Assembly: GCA_951804945.1 (NCBI GenBank)
Contig: OX638158.1
Coordinates: 19,220,001 to 19,284,000, forward strand
Direction of reading: 5' to 3'
DNA length: 64,000 nucleotides
Source: Podarcis cretensis
Lineage: Eukaryota
The translations under genes and the position numbers were made by a program. Under the pieces are notes generated by a model, which did not search any database, was not told the origin of the DNA, and was given only the letters and a program-made list of their open reading frames with translations. Shown here piece by piece: positions 48,103-61,833 of this stretch. Positions within the stretch are counted from its first letter, which is position 1. The number at the start of each line of letters is the position of its first letter.

Positions 48103-48381
48103 TACTTAAAGGTCGGGGGCGGGGAGGTGACACTATACAAGCATGGGCATGGTGGGAGGGGAATCAACAACTGACACTCAGACAAAGGTGAAGTTCAGCC
48201 TTTCATTGGAACTTGGCTTAAAAAAATAGGAAGCTCAAACCAGAAAACTGTGATTTAAGGCCTTGTGGAAACCCAAACCAAACATGTCTTACAATCTAAG
48301 TTCATAGGGAGATATTGAAACACCATTTCCCAGTTCAAATAACACAGTAAACAGTGTGTTCTGAAGCCAGACATAGGAAGA

Positions 48382-48383
<2 letters not shown>

Positions 48384-48421
<38 letters not shown>

Positions 48422-48640
48422 TACCCTGCCCATCTAACTGGCTTGCCCCAGCTACTCTGGACTCTTGGTGGCTTCCAACAGAATATACAGAAACACAATG
48501 GAACACCACACAATAAAAGTTTCCTGATACAGGGCTGCCTTCAGGTGTCTACGGAAGGTCGTATAATTATTTATCCGTTTGATATCTGATAGGAGGAAGT
48601 TCCACAGGATGGGTGCCACTAGCAAGAAGACCTCACTAGC
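48384..48640 (-). mobile_element. 3' end of an L2-like LINE with an (ATT)n tail
   Basis: (AAT)12 followed by gtaccctgcccatc...ggaggaagttccacagga..ggtgccac, resembling an L2-type 3' end. Confidence 0.5.
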
Positions 48641-49357
48641 TAGAAGGCCCTCAGAGCTTAGAGGAGATACAGCTCACTGCTTGTTTTTACTCTTTGAAAT
48701 CATAATTCACTGGAACCAGGAACATTCTATCTATACCTTGCCAAATACTAATACTAGAAAAGTTAGCATGCAGAGCAAAGCTTTTTGAGAAAGGTTACAT
48801 AGGCACACCACATGAAATTGTCTCATGCAAGATGGAAGCTAACTGTTAAATGAGACTGATTTCTACAGTTAATTATTTTCAACACATTAACAAACTTTCA
48901 CCAAATATTATTTTGGGCACATTTCTGGGGAAAACATACAGAATAAATCAAGCTAAGTCAAAGGAATGATAATCACCTATAACTTGTAAGCAGAAAAGTA
49001 AAATTTTAAAAATATAAATCTTAAACAAATTCCACAGCAAATCCTCAAAGGAATCAGAAAAAAATGTACAAAATTCACTTTAGTATATGTTAACTTAACC
49101 ATGACCCACCTTTCCTACCTAGAAACAAGGTAGCTGACTTCATGTCCTCTAGATGTTGTTGAACTACAACTCCCATCTTCTCTGACCATTGCCTGTATTT
49201 GCTCATGGTGATGGGAGCTGGAGTCCAGCATCAACTGGAGAGCCATAGAGTAGTCCAACCTGCTACCGAGTCAAACACTGAAAGCACTACAAAAAAATAA
49301 CTGCACTGAATATCCTCAACCTACAGAAATATTTGAAAAACAGTTGCTCATCATTAC

Positions 49358-49435
49358 CTGTTGACTTGGCTGCATTAGCTGGGATGATATGCCAACTGAT
49401 GAAGCATTTGAGGATGGCTGCCCTTTCATCTGCGC
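49358..49435 (-). CDS. WNK1: WNK1 exon 9
   Basis: 78 bp; AQMKGQPSSNASSVGISSQLMQPSQQ. Confidence 0.85.
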
Positions 49436-51959
49436 CTAAAGGAAAAAGACAGAGAATCAGATTCTTTGCCAACTTCTATACTGAAAATAAGCACCTGAAC
49501 AACACTGGCCTGTAGTTAAACATCCCCAATGAATTAGAACAGCATTCAATATGGACGCTTCAAACAAAGGACTGTCATTGCAATGCATTGTTTTACAATG
49601 CATTATTTTTGTAGCATCTAATACAAGTTGCAAGTCTAAGTTTTGCATGATGCATTTCTACAATGCAAATCTCATCCTCCTGCAGTTTGTCAAAGATCTG
49701 CATCAGGCTACGCTAGCACAAGAGGAAACAATGAGCTGTAGTTTGGTTTAGCTCCATGAAACATCTGCATTTACAAACAATATGTAATCTAGGCCAATAT
49801 TAATTCATCTTAATAAGCATCATAACTAAGACGTGTCCTGGAATTTTGATTTCCAGCTAATAACTTCCAATTTTAATAAGTAAGCAAGGCACAATAATCA
49901 TTAATGGATGTAAAGACAAGAAAAGCCAACAACCGAAACTGGAATGGCAATGATCATTTTTGAAAAATACATTTGCAGCATACTGAAATGTATACCACAT
50001 TCTGGGCTTTATCTCAGTATATAATGGAAAAATTGTATGTACAAAGTGGAAAAATCAGAGCTAAAGCTTGTAATGTTGCAGTGACAAGGTTGAACAAGGC
50101 ATACAATATTTGGACAATTACACAAAGAATTTGAAAGAAAAAAGGTAGCCGAGGAGTTCATTTAGCCAAGTCAAACCTATAGGAACGTATGGTGTCAGAT
50201 TGTTATCAAACAAGCATGTTCTATATACACTGGTAGTATGGTGGAAACATGGGACAGAGCTGTGGGGTCATTTTGAAAGGTGGGAGAAAATACTATTCAC
50301 TTAGCTTGTGAGGTTCATCCTGTAAGGTTTGGATCTGAATTAAGTGCTTCTGTGGAATCTATTTAGCCTGTTTATGTTCAAGTTTCACTACAGAAACATT
50401 TCTCAACTTCTGCTGATTTCTCCAAGGAAATCCACAAAGGAACTTGTAAATACAGCATTCCCGTGTCTCAGTAATAAAAACTGTTCGTCCCCCCACCAAA
50501 AATGTGACTACTGTTCCTAAAAAAGACTACTAGGACCCAGAAAAAGCAACAAGTTACAAGTCACCAATATAAAGTGAGTAAAGGAATAAAACTTCCACAT
50601 CACTAGTTTCACTACTGTTACTGTTACTGAAATGCTGCTATCAGTAAAAAGTGAGGTTTTGTTTTCAGAAAAAAACATTTACTTCTAAGACACTAAATAC
50701 TTGCATGGTGCTTTACTAAAACACTGGACATACATTATCTCATGAAACCTGTAAAGAAGGTCAGCTTATTGTCCTCATATTGACAATCGAGGGCTGAAGG
50801 CAACAGTTTACAAGTGAGGCAAGACTGATGGATTTAGATATGTCAAACTCTAGAAGAAAACAAGCCACCGTTTGTAAGTCAACCACCACTATAGCTTCAC
50901 CTTGTGGTCTGCTCTGGAGAGTTTGGATATTCAAGCAAACCACGCTTTGGCTAAACAAGCCATGGCTTAGCATAATGTATGAACCAGGCTATTGGAGTTT
51001 TATGACTGCAGAATAGTCCTTCTTCAATGCTATACCAAGTTTTCCCAGGGAGTTGTAAATAGAGTAATAAAGTCTTCCTTGGAGCACACTATCATTGTCT
51101 CTGTCCTTGTCTCTGTCCTACAAATCAAACAGGTTTGTGCATTTTTGCAATGCTTTGAAGACTCACAAAATCTATTTCATAGACCACACCAACTGGTCAG
51201 CCAATAATTTTGCTGTTGGCAGTCCCCTTACCTATTTATGGTGAGGACAGAATAAGCCAAACTCTCACACCTTCCTGCTATTACTGCTTATGAATACCCC
51301 TCTATGGTTGGCAGTTAGAAAACACACATCACGCAGGAGGGTGGTTTGACCTAGAGATTGACCCTTGTTGACCTCTGCAACAATAAGACAAAAAAACCTC
51401 CAACTCCAATCAGTTCTGTACAACACAGTGTCTCTAACCTACAATAAGACCAAGAAAGTGCATGTGTTAAGAAAAGATGGCACTACTTGGCACAGTATGA
51501 ATGTAGAGTGGTACTGCTTTGGTTTGTGTTTAAAGAACGGTTATTACTTCATCCAGTCTAGTACATCTTCAGGCTGTGAAACAGTCTGTGTTTCTCTTAC
51601 CTGAGCATCCAAGTGAGCATCAGATAAGTAAAAAAGAATTTTTTTCAACATTGTTAAATGACCAGCACTTGTTACCATATTAAACAGGCTCACACGACAA
51701 GGTTTTGACAACCACCAATACATATGACATATACTGATCACAATGAGGTCTGACCTAGTAAGCTAGGACCACAGAAGCTTCAACAACCACACAATACTGT
51801 TCTAATCTCAAATACTGCAGTAATTTGCAGGGATGTGAGGAGATTAAGGAAAGGTCGAAACAGGATAAGGAATACAAGGAGTTTTGTACTATGAAGTTGC
51901 GGGGTGGGGGGTGGGGTTTACGAAAAACGAAGTAATTTGGAAACATTTGTTCCTGTAAC

Positions 51960-53168
51960 CTGAGGATAGAGTGTAGATGGTCCTGATGAAGCCAGTGCCG
52001 AGAAAGCCTGTTGAGATGAAGTTCCCTGTGGGAAGTGGAAGATGATCTGTGAATCCTGAAATGCCTTCTGAGTCAGCTGGGCAGCAGGCAGAGGCAAGCC
52101 TGAACCATACGATGCAGATACCCCAGTGGGAGGAGGAGAAAGAAAGTCACCAGTGTCTGAGGAAGTCAACTGTGATGAATCACTGGAGTATCCTGGGCTA
52201 CCTTCTGGCCAGCTCTGTAAGACAGAACTGCCTCTAGGCACCATGAACTCGGAACCTAGGTAGCTGCACTGCTCTTCCGTTACAGGCTGAAGACGACCAG
52301 GCTGTACGGTTGTCTGAGGGGACTCCTCCTGGTTAAAATCTGTGGAGCCTCGACGATTTCTATAAATGCGCTGTGAGAGGACAGCACCGTCTCCTGCAGT
52401 TGCACTGGGTGCTTGAACATGGAACTCAAACACACAACTTGCTCGACCGTCCCCACTGTGAGTGAGTATGGCAGGTGCAGAATGTGGAACAAATACTGGG
52501 TGAAAATTCATTTGTGTGGCATCTGCACTCAGTGGTGCTGACATACTAGACAATGGTGATGGTGGATTCATTCCAGAATCCAGTCTCAAGTTCTGAATCT
52601 GTCTTGCCAGAAATGGCTGCCCAGTTTGATATTCAAAAGTAGAACTCTGCGGGGGGCCGCCTTGCAAATTTCTCTGTTCAGGAGCCTGCTGTAAGTGTTG
52701 CTCAGTCCCCTGGGGATTCTGGGGCACTGTATCACAGTGTTCTGGCAACTGGGACTGGTAGTGCATGCCCACTAAATACACTGCTTCTTGAGTCAACATG
52801 CTTGTAGCATCCTTTGAAGGCGCTTGTCCAGATCTGTAATCACTCAACCCTTGAGCCGAGTCAAAACCAGGGTTAGCCTGCATATGCTCCCCAGCTGTGC
52901 TGCTCACTGTCACCAGTCCCTCTGGTGTCCAAGTGGCTGGACTACCAACAGGGAGAACAAAACTCTGACCAGTCTTGAGCAAGGGCTGGAAGTGGCAGGT
53001 TTGGGCTTCAAGGATGGAAGTGCTCTTGCGTCGCTGAGAAATGGCCACCCGTGAAGGGCAGATGGGTGGTGGCGAGAAAGACACTGGCCGTTCATGAACG
53101 GTTGGAAAAAATACTTGGGAATCTGGGAACGTTGGGGTTCCCCCACACGGATGCACCATGGATTGAGG
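51960..53168 (-). CDS. WNK1: WNK1 HSN2 exon (nervous-system cassette)
   Basis: atacag|CCT CAA TCC...CAG|gttaca; 1209 bp = 403 aa; PQSMVHPCGGTPTFPDSQVFFPTVHERPVSFSPPP...QRRKSTS...GRLQPVTEE. Confidence 0.95.
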
Positions 53169-54552
53169 CTGTATTGACATGAACAAGACAAGTAATTCAC
53201 ACGTTATAGAAGCATATTAGCATGTTCAGCTCAATAGGCAGCTCTCTTTAGTAACCTTATAGAATGGCTACGCCTAGTTCATGGTCAACACGTAAAATGC
53301 TTTGAAGGGTTATACATATCCATTAAATACATCCTTGGCAGATATCAGTGTCTATATGAGTATTTGCTTTTGTTAGAAGCTGCTTTTCCACCCATCTCCT
53401 TCTGTCAATATAAAAAACTTTGGACAACTTTCCTTAATGAAAATGGTTATTTCTCAACACATCCTTTATTTCCTATCAAAATTAGTTGCCTTTCAAGGAA
53501 AAGATTCTGTTGTGAATCTGGGGGAAAACAAGAAATTTAACTTCTTCAGAAACTCACGGTCCTTTCAAATGTGTACCATCAATTAAGTGTTGAACATTTT
53601 AGTGCATCACCAAGGAGATTTCTAATCTCCTAATTCATGCACAAAAGATTGTAGCAAATATCAGTGGGATCAATTATAGCACTCCTGTATAAAGCTTATA
53701 TGCCACTTCACCCTTATATGCCACTTACTATTTATCTCTCTCTCCCACTGCACCCAAGTTTTGATTTATATTCTGGAAAAGCAGGAGCAAACTCTTATAT
53801 GACACAATTAACAGTACAGAGTGAGGATTAGTCCTACACCCTCTGTGAATAGAAGGCAATGTGTTTTTCTGTTCTGTAGAAAGTGATTCTATCTTCCTCT
53901 CCTGCTCTAATGACTTATCACTTCAATCAAAGCAAGAATAAATTAATAGAAAATCAATTATCCCCAAGTGGAAGCAGTGACCGTCACATTAGTTTTGGCA
54001 TCAGTTCTGGAAGTAAGAACAAGGAACGGAGAAATGTAGTATACAAGGAAGCAGCACAGGACAAAAATTAAGAGCAGAACAGAAGAACTAGGCTTCTAGC
54101 AATTTGCGTCTTTGATTTATACTGCCTGCTCACCAGAACCTTTTCTCCATAATGGTCAGAGCTGGAAACTTTCCCCCCTGTTAAATGGCAGCAAGCATTC
54201 ACAGATGCCCCATGATGGTTTTCAATGGCACTGGCATGGTTCTAGCCAGCTACATATACATATGATTTGAAGAATTATTAACTGTAGCCCCAAAATCAAA
54301 GTGTATAAATCAGATCAGAACTAATCCATATAATTTGCAGATTTCATTTAAACTGCATGCTGCATTTCAGCTTTTCCCTGAAACTTCAGGCACATTAACT
54401 CTTAGGTTTTAGAGGAGGAGGAAGAATCAACTTTCCAGAAGCACAGGATAACACAGTCCCCATTTTGTCTCTTATCTAATTTGAAGAATGTCGCCAGGAT
54501 GTATTTAGTGGTGACTTATCTGCAATGTGCCAGGAGGCATACAGTGACATAC

Positions 54553-54807
54553 AGGGTGGAGAAAGAGGGAAGGCAGGCTGGAACGCCGCTTGCTGCGTGG
54601 AGAGGCGGTGTGCATGGGCAGGACATTCTCCAAGGCTTTGGAAAGCTTTTCACCAAAAGTTTCCTCAGGGGCAGTCCGAAGGTAAGAAGGAGAAAGAGGT
54701 GCACATAACACTGATGGTGGAGTAGAAGGAGCACTGGGAGGGATTTGGGACAGCGGAGGGAAAGAAAGAGGGGAAGGACAAACCGACATGCTACAGCCAC
54801 GTTGAGG
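54553..54807 (-). CDS. WNK1: WNK1 cassette exon 8b
   Basis: 255 bp; PQRGCSMSVC...PEETFGEKLSKALENVLPMHTASPRSKRRSSLPSLFLHP. Confidence 0.92.
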
Positions 54808-56818
54808 CTAAGGAAGGAAACAAAAAGAAGTGAACACAAACCACATGGCTAATGAGCTAGAACTAAGGGAGACACATTCATGACAAAGGGCCAATGCTGA
54901 TCAGAACAAAGAGGGTATGAAGGAACTTGACAGTGACATCATGTACAATAAAGAGGATTATAAGCACCTCAGAGGACTGCAGGTTCTATTTTGACTGTCA
55001 AATTCCATTACTTCTGTCAAATAGTTTATATATATGCAGGAAGTAGACATATGTTCTCGTCACCCTGGTTCCATAAAAAATGTGTTTAAGCTGTTCCCAG
55101 CACCGATACATTTCCTAACTGAAAGCCTCTAGAAGTCTAAAGGGAATGAACATTGGTTTGAACATTGGTTTGAAACTGGCAACTTGGTGTGTGCAAAGAT
55201 GTTTTTCTTCTTTCCAAATTTAGTGTTACTGTCTTCAAGTATTTTTGCTGACACCAGATTTCATTCTAAAGTGAACTGGCTTCCTAAATACAGGATTTGA
55301 CTGGCCACCTTAAGTTATTTATTCAGTCAAGGACTGCAAGACAACAGGAATCAACCATAGCATAAACTGTGGAACAAGGCAAGACTTTAATTGTGACAGC
55401 TGTCTTAAAATTAGAATTAGGCCATCTTCCAGGAGAGGAGTTTATTAGAGAAGATAGTTGCTGCAATCTGCCTATACCCCAGAGGTCATTGGTTTATTTT
55501 TCTCATTGTAAACAAATTATCACCTAAATTCCTGCTTTAAAATGTAATAGTTCCTCCAGCAGCTAGGTCGTCATCCCCCCCAAACATGCTTCTGTATTTT
55601 TCCCCCAGAACTTCTTGGGGAAAACCAAAATGATCGGTCTTTTTTGAAGTCTTCTTCCCAATGAAACTGCACTGACACCTGAAACTTCCAGAAGAGTCTG
55701 CATGGAAGTTTTTCTGGAAGTCTTCGATTCATCATCCAAACCTGGTCTGCTCAGAAGAACTGTTAGTGTATTCCCCTGGTGTTAGCCATGATTATTCAAC
55801 CTTGAAGCAAGGCATGTGAAGATTGCTTAATGGGTTATTGATCCAAGGCATGTCCTTGAACTGCAGCAATGGAACTCAACTCAAATAAACTTTCAAAAAA
55901 GTATTAAAAGTTGTGATTGATCATGTGTTTAAAAGGGCACAAAACTTCATATGTGCATTTGAACAGAATGGAAAGATGCTCTGTTTGTAAAAACTGGCAA
56001 GAATTTTCCTCCAATGAGGAATTATCTTCTACGATAGCTCTTGCCAATGTAATTTACAGAAATATATCATCATAATAACAGAGATAACCAAACCAGAAAG
56101 GCTGCATCCTCTAGATATAGGTAAATTACTTGAGGAACAGTTACTTTTTGGGGGGCCTTTACACAAGCAGCAAGGTTTGTAAAAAGATCTGAGTAAGAGT
56201 TTTTCTAGAAGACCCCCAAGGTCAGCTCTGAAAACATACCAGAAAAGGGTACCAAATAAAGGGTAACACAAATGAACGCATGAAGTGGGAAAGGTAATTG
56301 TGCCCATGAGCAATTCAATGCAAGCTATAAATAAATGGCAAAACAGAAGTGGGATCATTTAAAACTGCAGTGTCCGCATGCAGCATTCTATAATGGTTAG
56401 GAATCCTTACCTTCTGTAGCTGTAATTAAAATCTTGCACAATATGTTCTCTTAACACACTCAGCTGTTTCATAAAGCTCATCATAACTTTTCAGTTATAA
56501 ACTTCCTCACACACTATGCATTGCAGGCTAAATAGAATTTCATATACCTCTATAGGCAAAATCAGCAAGTGAAAGGGAATTTTATTGCTGCTTCCACCCC
56601 AAGTTTTGCTGCCTTTATACCTTTCTATGAGATACCCTCTCTCTCGCTTGGAGAACTATCAGAGAAATGATTTTTACTTTGTTGTGTATGTTGTTTTACC
56701 CACACAAAATATATCTGAACTTCCATTCAAACCTCAGACTACAAGTTTTTTTAAAAGCCTAAGCAAATAAAGGAATTCCAAGCAAGTATTCCCTCTACTA
56801 CTTTGGCTTTGGCCTTAC

Positions 56819-57006
56819 CACTCCAGACGTCTGATATCCTCCCGGTTGTTGTGATTGTGGCTGGCCAATAGGAGCTGCATATCCTGGGGGTTGAACTGTT
56901 GGGATAGACTGTTCGTGCTGGGAACCATAAGAAGCTGTCTGTTGGCTGCTCACACATGATTCGGTAAAGACAGATGATCCTTGTCCACTATCAACGGTGC
57001 CATCAG
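56819..57006 (-). CDS. WNK1: WNK1 exon 8
   Basis: 188 bp; SDGTVDSGQGSSVFTESCVSSQQTASYGSQHEQ... Confidence 0.95.
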
Positions 57007-59295
57007 CTGTAAAGACCATAAAAAGTGGGTTTTAAATTGCTCATGAACTCATGCTGAGTCAAAGTTCCAGAACTGCTTGTGAATTCATTTAAATTTATAC
57101 AAAATTAAGGTAGAGGCAGCAGCACTCAGCAGCACTAGTACATGCCTCCTACTTCCCCCAAATCCTACAACACAAAATTACAGAAACTGTGCTCAGATTG
57201 AGTATGTTAGCAAGGATAATGGCAGTAACGAAGCTGTGCCCCAGGAAGGCAGCAGGGACAGGTACAAGAAACCCGAAGCCCTAACTCCTGTCCATAACAC
57301 CTTTTATTTCCACAGTACAGAGATAATGCTGATTGCATTTTGCTCCCAAAATGGCAACAAATCTGTTCTTGTTAAAAGTGAAGAGATTATCAAGAAGTCC
57401 AGATTCAATGCTTCACAACATAGAATGTTATGGCCATATTGTGACATTGGCTGAACATACCAATGTTCATCTCTATGAACATGCCCTTGGCATCCATCCA
57501 TAGACTGGAATACAACACAGTTGAAACACTTGGCTTTTAGAGACCAAAATACAGATAGGAGAGGAATCAAAAGAACTTATTGCGTCTCTGAAGATTTTAC
57601 AGCCCATAGATGTTATAATCTGCTGATATGCAATGAGTTCCCATTAAGGACCAATTTGTACAGGGTCAACATGAGTTTTTTTTCTGGACACCACATTTCC
57701 TCCTATACCATTTCTTAATCTCATGAGACATCCCAAAGGACCATCCTATTCTTCCACATCATGTGCCAAATACCAGACTGCCTCTGTTTTCAGAAAGGCC
57801 CATATCTTCATAGCCATTATCATTTCAAAGTTCAGCAGGTCTTACAAGGCAGTGGTGCTCCTGACCTCAAGTATCCTTTCGACAGCAAATGTGCAATGTA
57901 CAATGAGCAATGAACAGTAGCTGGTCCATATACATCTACAGTAGCTCTTGGGTCTTCTTTGGCTGATCTATTGACTCAGAGAAGATTTGTGTTCAATCAG
58001 GGTTGTGCGTGATTCTGCTAACGTACAGTAGGATGTATCCCGGCAGTGAGAATACTGGATAGGTGGCTGCAGAGCTGCCAGTTGTTCATTTAGTGTGTCT
58101 GTTATGCATTTCTACCAAGTCACTTGCCTCTCTAGGACAGTGGCATGGCTCTCTTGAATTCAGCATCAGAAGAGCGCATTGATGTGACCACTGTTTGGTA
58201 GAGTCCCTTAAACTCCCCCTTCCTCATATGCCTCTGCAATTAACTTTTATTTGTGATTCTTGTAGGGATCTTCAGTGTTTACCTGGTGGCCTTAACATAA
58301 TCCTTTTCAAGCTGTACCATGTTTATTTATTGACCCAAGTCCCTTTGTCTGGCCCTTTGACTTATGTTCAATGGTACTTCTCCCCATAGCTTTCCAACAC
58401 GCATCACATAGTCTCAGGCTTGGCTCTTCAACTATGCCTGAACATAGTAATGGCACATGATGGAAGGGTGGTATGGCAGTGGTGTTTTTCTGATGGCAGC
58501 AATGTGAACTTGCTACAATAGTCCAGCAAGGTTAGAGGATCTCTAAGTTGGTTGCAGCAGTCCCACAGGTGTGCATGCATGCCAGCATCACCAACCCAGA
58601 GCTCTTCTGACTTCACTGCCACTTTACCCTATCCCACCCCACCAAGCACAATGCCACCATGAGGGCACCACTGTGGCCTGAAACACCATCACTACCCATG
58701 TTAGTCCCACAACACTTGGATTTCCTGTACTTTCCCCTCCTCCTGTATGAGAGTTTCTGTTCTGAAGGAGAAGAAAGAGGGAAGACAGGACATGGAACAT
58801 AAACCTGATGTGCAGGTTAGGGTGCAATAGGGCTGATGCTTGCATGGCTAAGTCAAGATTCTCTGCTTGTAGATAAAGCTCCAGATAGCAGCCACTCTCA
58901 TTCTGGCTTTTTTTAGTCAGGAGAGCTGTCTTCAAAGCCATCGAAAGTGGAAATCAGGCTGCAGCAAAACCATGGCCAAGTCAGCACCCTCACCTTCATT
59001 ATACAATTCTTCCAAGAACAGTACCTTCAGGTCAAGATCAACATCAGCCACCTATGGGAGCTGGAATGAAAGTCTGCTCAAAATCTGGAGCTACATCAGG
59101 ATCCTCATTCTGTACCCGGGTTTAAACTCTTTGTATACTGCTGTTGTGATAGTTGCATCCTGCTGATTCACAAGACACAGATCTACAAGGACTCTCAAGC
59201 TTCAGTGTTTGGAGTAAACACTGTTAGTGGACCAGTCACACATCTACACGAAGTCAGTCCAAGGTGCATTTAGTCTGCAGGCAAAGTGATGAATG

Positions 59296-59296
<1 letters not shown>

Positions 59297-59329
<33 letters not shown>
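59297..59329. repeat. (TG)n microsatellite
   Basis: Read directly. Confidence 0.95.
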
Positions 59330-59334
<5 letters not shown>

Positions 59335-59689
59335 ACTTCACTTCCCATTCTGAGCAAAAGAAAATTTCTCCCAGGGAAGGGGGGTTGCATCTGTTGCAAG
59401 GGCAGCTTGGGTTGGGGAACTGTCTGCATCAGCCTCAGTGCAAGTATGCTTCTTAAAGGTGGTCTTGCTTGTTCAGATGTTCAAGGAGCAGCTGATATGA
59501 TGAGGTCTACCAAGAGAGCAGTGGAGCCATCTATCTTAACCACTTACGTTTATCTAAATCATAAATGCCTGTGGATGACCCAGAAGGATGGTGACTAGTT
59601 TATTGTATAGTGACATGTTTCAGTCACACCGGGCTTTATGTATTGACTTAACTGTCCAAAAATACAGGTCAGAAGATGCATGTACTTAC

Positions 59690-60026
59690 ACAATACAGAA
59701 ATGCTAGGTTGGTGATACTGCAGCTGTTGATGTTGATCGGCTTCTGGCTCCTCAGGCTCTACTTGTGTGGAAACCGAAGCTGAAGCAGCAGGGATGGCAG
59801 TGACACCAGTGGCAGGTGCAGCATGTTTAGTTCCTTGCTGGGTAGTGCCCGCTTGTAACTGCTGCTCTGTCTGCTGTTTCTGACTGACTTCTTCTTGCTT
59901 TCTTTTTTCCTGTTCTTCTCTCACCAACTGACGCTGCTCCCTCTTTCGCTTGATCAAGGACACTCTATCCTTTATAGCTTTGGCCATTGTCTTGTGATCC
60001 CCTTCACAGACATACCCAGACTCAAC
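59690..60026 (-). CDS. WNK1: WNK1 exon 7 (coiled coil; KLHL3 acidic degron EPEEPEADQHQ at 59727-59759)
   Basis: 337 bp; VESGYVCEGDHKTMAKAIKDRVSLIKRKREQR...EPEEPEADQHQ. Confidence 0.98.
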
Positions 60027-60693
60027 CTGAAAAGTGGATGATTCATGCCATCAGATAAACAATGATAAAGCAAAATAAAAGTTTCTATAATTATACATCA
60101 AACACGCCAAGACGGTTAGCTTTCCAAAGCTGCAGCATTTCCAGCTAATACATGTTGCAGTAGTTAAACTATTGCAAGCTCATGCATGTCTTCTGAAAGA
60201 GCACTATTGGGAAAAAGTCAAGGTAAAAAGATTATAAGATCCTATCATAAACCAAATAATATCTTCACATGAAGCAATGGATAGCACGTATACTACTAAG
60301 TGCATCTGCCTTCCCATTTATATGGCAGTCAGTGCAATCACCTTGAAAGGAAAAGATGGATACAGTGTCTTCTACCCCAGCTGCAACGTCAAAGCAGCTG
60401 CATCAACCTTCTGTTCAGAAGTACTCAACCGTTAGTTTGGAATTGGCTAAGGAATGAGACCTAGCAACATTTGCACCCTTCTATTTTATTGGAGAGAAGC
60501 TTGTTGCAAAAACTGATTCTGGTGGTGTTTTATGCCTTGGAGGGTAAAAATGTAAGCACTGTATCCAGCTTAAAATTATAATGGCAAGTGAGCAGATAGA
60601 CAGATGTGTTTCTCTATGTGGTAAAAGTGCCCTAAAGTATATAATTTTTTGAAAGAAGTGTTAAAATATCATTGAACTGACAGCTGGATGGTA

Positions 60694-60983
60694 CAAGACG
60701 AAAAGAATCCGTTCCGCGAGTCTCTTCGTCTAGCGGTTTTTTCGTCTTGCGAAGCAAGCCCATTGGCGGCTTAGCGGATTAGCGCTATTAGCGGTTTAGC
60801 GGCTTTTAGCGGCTTAGAGAAAGGGGGGGAGGGGAAAAAAGTCAGAAAAGCTCGCAAGACATTTTCGTCTTGCAAAGCAAGCCCATAGGGAAATTCGTCT
60901 TGCGAAGCACCTCCAAAACGGAAAACCCTTTCGTCTAGCGGGTTTTTCGTCTTGCGAGGCATTCGTCTTGCGGGGCACCACTG
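60694..60983. mobile_element. Second copy of the 26981 MITE, inverted, left TIR partly deleted
   Basis: Reverse complement of 26981-27279; ends ...gcggggcaccactg|ta. Confidence 0.86.
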
Positions 60984-61069
60984 TAGTAGTTAATCCCCCA
61001 AATTAACCCTTCTGGGAAATCATAAAGGCAAGTTTCAACAAATGCCCACTGCATCTACATAATCTAGAG

Positions 61070-61193
61070 CAGGGGTAGCCAATGATGTGCCCCCAGGTGC
61101 TGCTGGACTACAACTACCATCATCCCTGATGCAAGGATTTTTGGAAGTTTTATGTTCAGCAACATCTGAAGAGTATCACATGGGCTACCCATG
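61070..61193. mobile_element. Short palindromic hAT-like element (related copies near 25150-25240, 30630-30720, 38295-38420, 43315-43420, 45330-45455, 49135-49262)
   Basis: Termini caggggtagcc and ggctacccatg; shared core ctacaact(c/a)ccatc...caacatctg. Confidence 0.6.
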
Positions 61194-61613
61194 AAGCAGA
61201 GCAACTCTTAAGTGCACTGATTATTCTTTACTTAAGAAAAATATGGGATTCATCCATTATTGAAAATATGTGCATGCAAGGGAACTATTGGGGGAGCAAG
61301 GGGAAATGAAAGTCAAAGCTACCTCTGTAGGTATGCTCAAATTAGAAGGGTGGCAGAGTTCAGCCCCTTACATTGTGTGACTGCTTTCCCCAGCTACTGT
61401 TTTTCAGACAGCTATGGAATTCTGGCTTGTCTGAGAAAGACATCACAACAAGAAGACACCATTTGTTCCCACTGTATTAAGTTTAATTGGGCTGCACTGG
61501 GGTGAGCAAAATCATGAAAGAAAAAAATCAGCGACAGGGTTCAATTCCATGTCTCTGGAATCTGCCAAAATAGGTGCAGAAGTGGGAATATCTGTCATAT
61601 CTATATGACATAC

Positions 61614-61833
61614 CATTTCTTGTGCTACATCTTCTGGGACATCTCTCTCCAAGTCGAAAGAAAATTCTATCGCTTCATTATCCTTATATTTGCCCTTAAG
61701 TTTTTTAATGTCTTCAATTCGTAACCAGAGCTTGATGGCAATTTTCTCTCCATCATCTTCTTCTGCTAGCTCTACCCGCACACCAGTTTCTTCCTGGAAG
61801 AATGCATGATTCAGAAGGTCCTTGATAGCATAC
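61614..61833 (-). CDS. WNK1: WNK1 exon 6 (kinase end and autoinhibitory/CCT-like domain)
   Basis: 220 bp; [28 protein letters not shown]...[19 protein letters not shown]. Confidence 0.98.

Noticed and set aside
53695-55174. Short tandem duplications (18 bp at 53695, 12 bp at 55147; similar ones near 210, 301 and 51096)
   Set aside because: Ordinary slippage duplications
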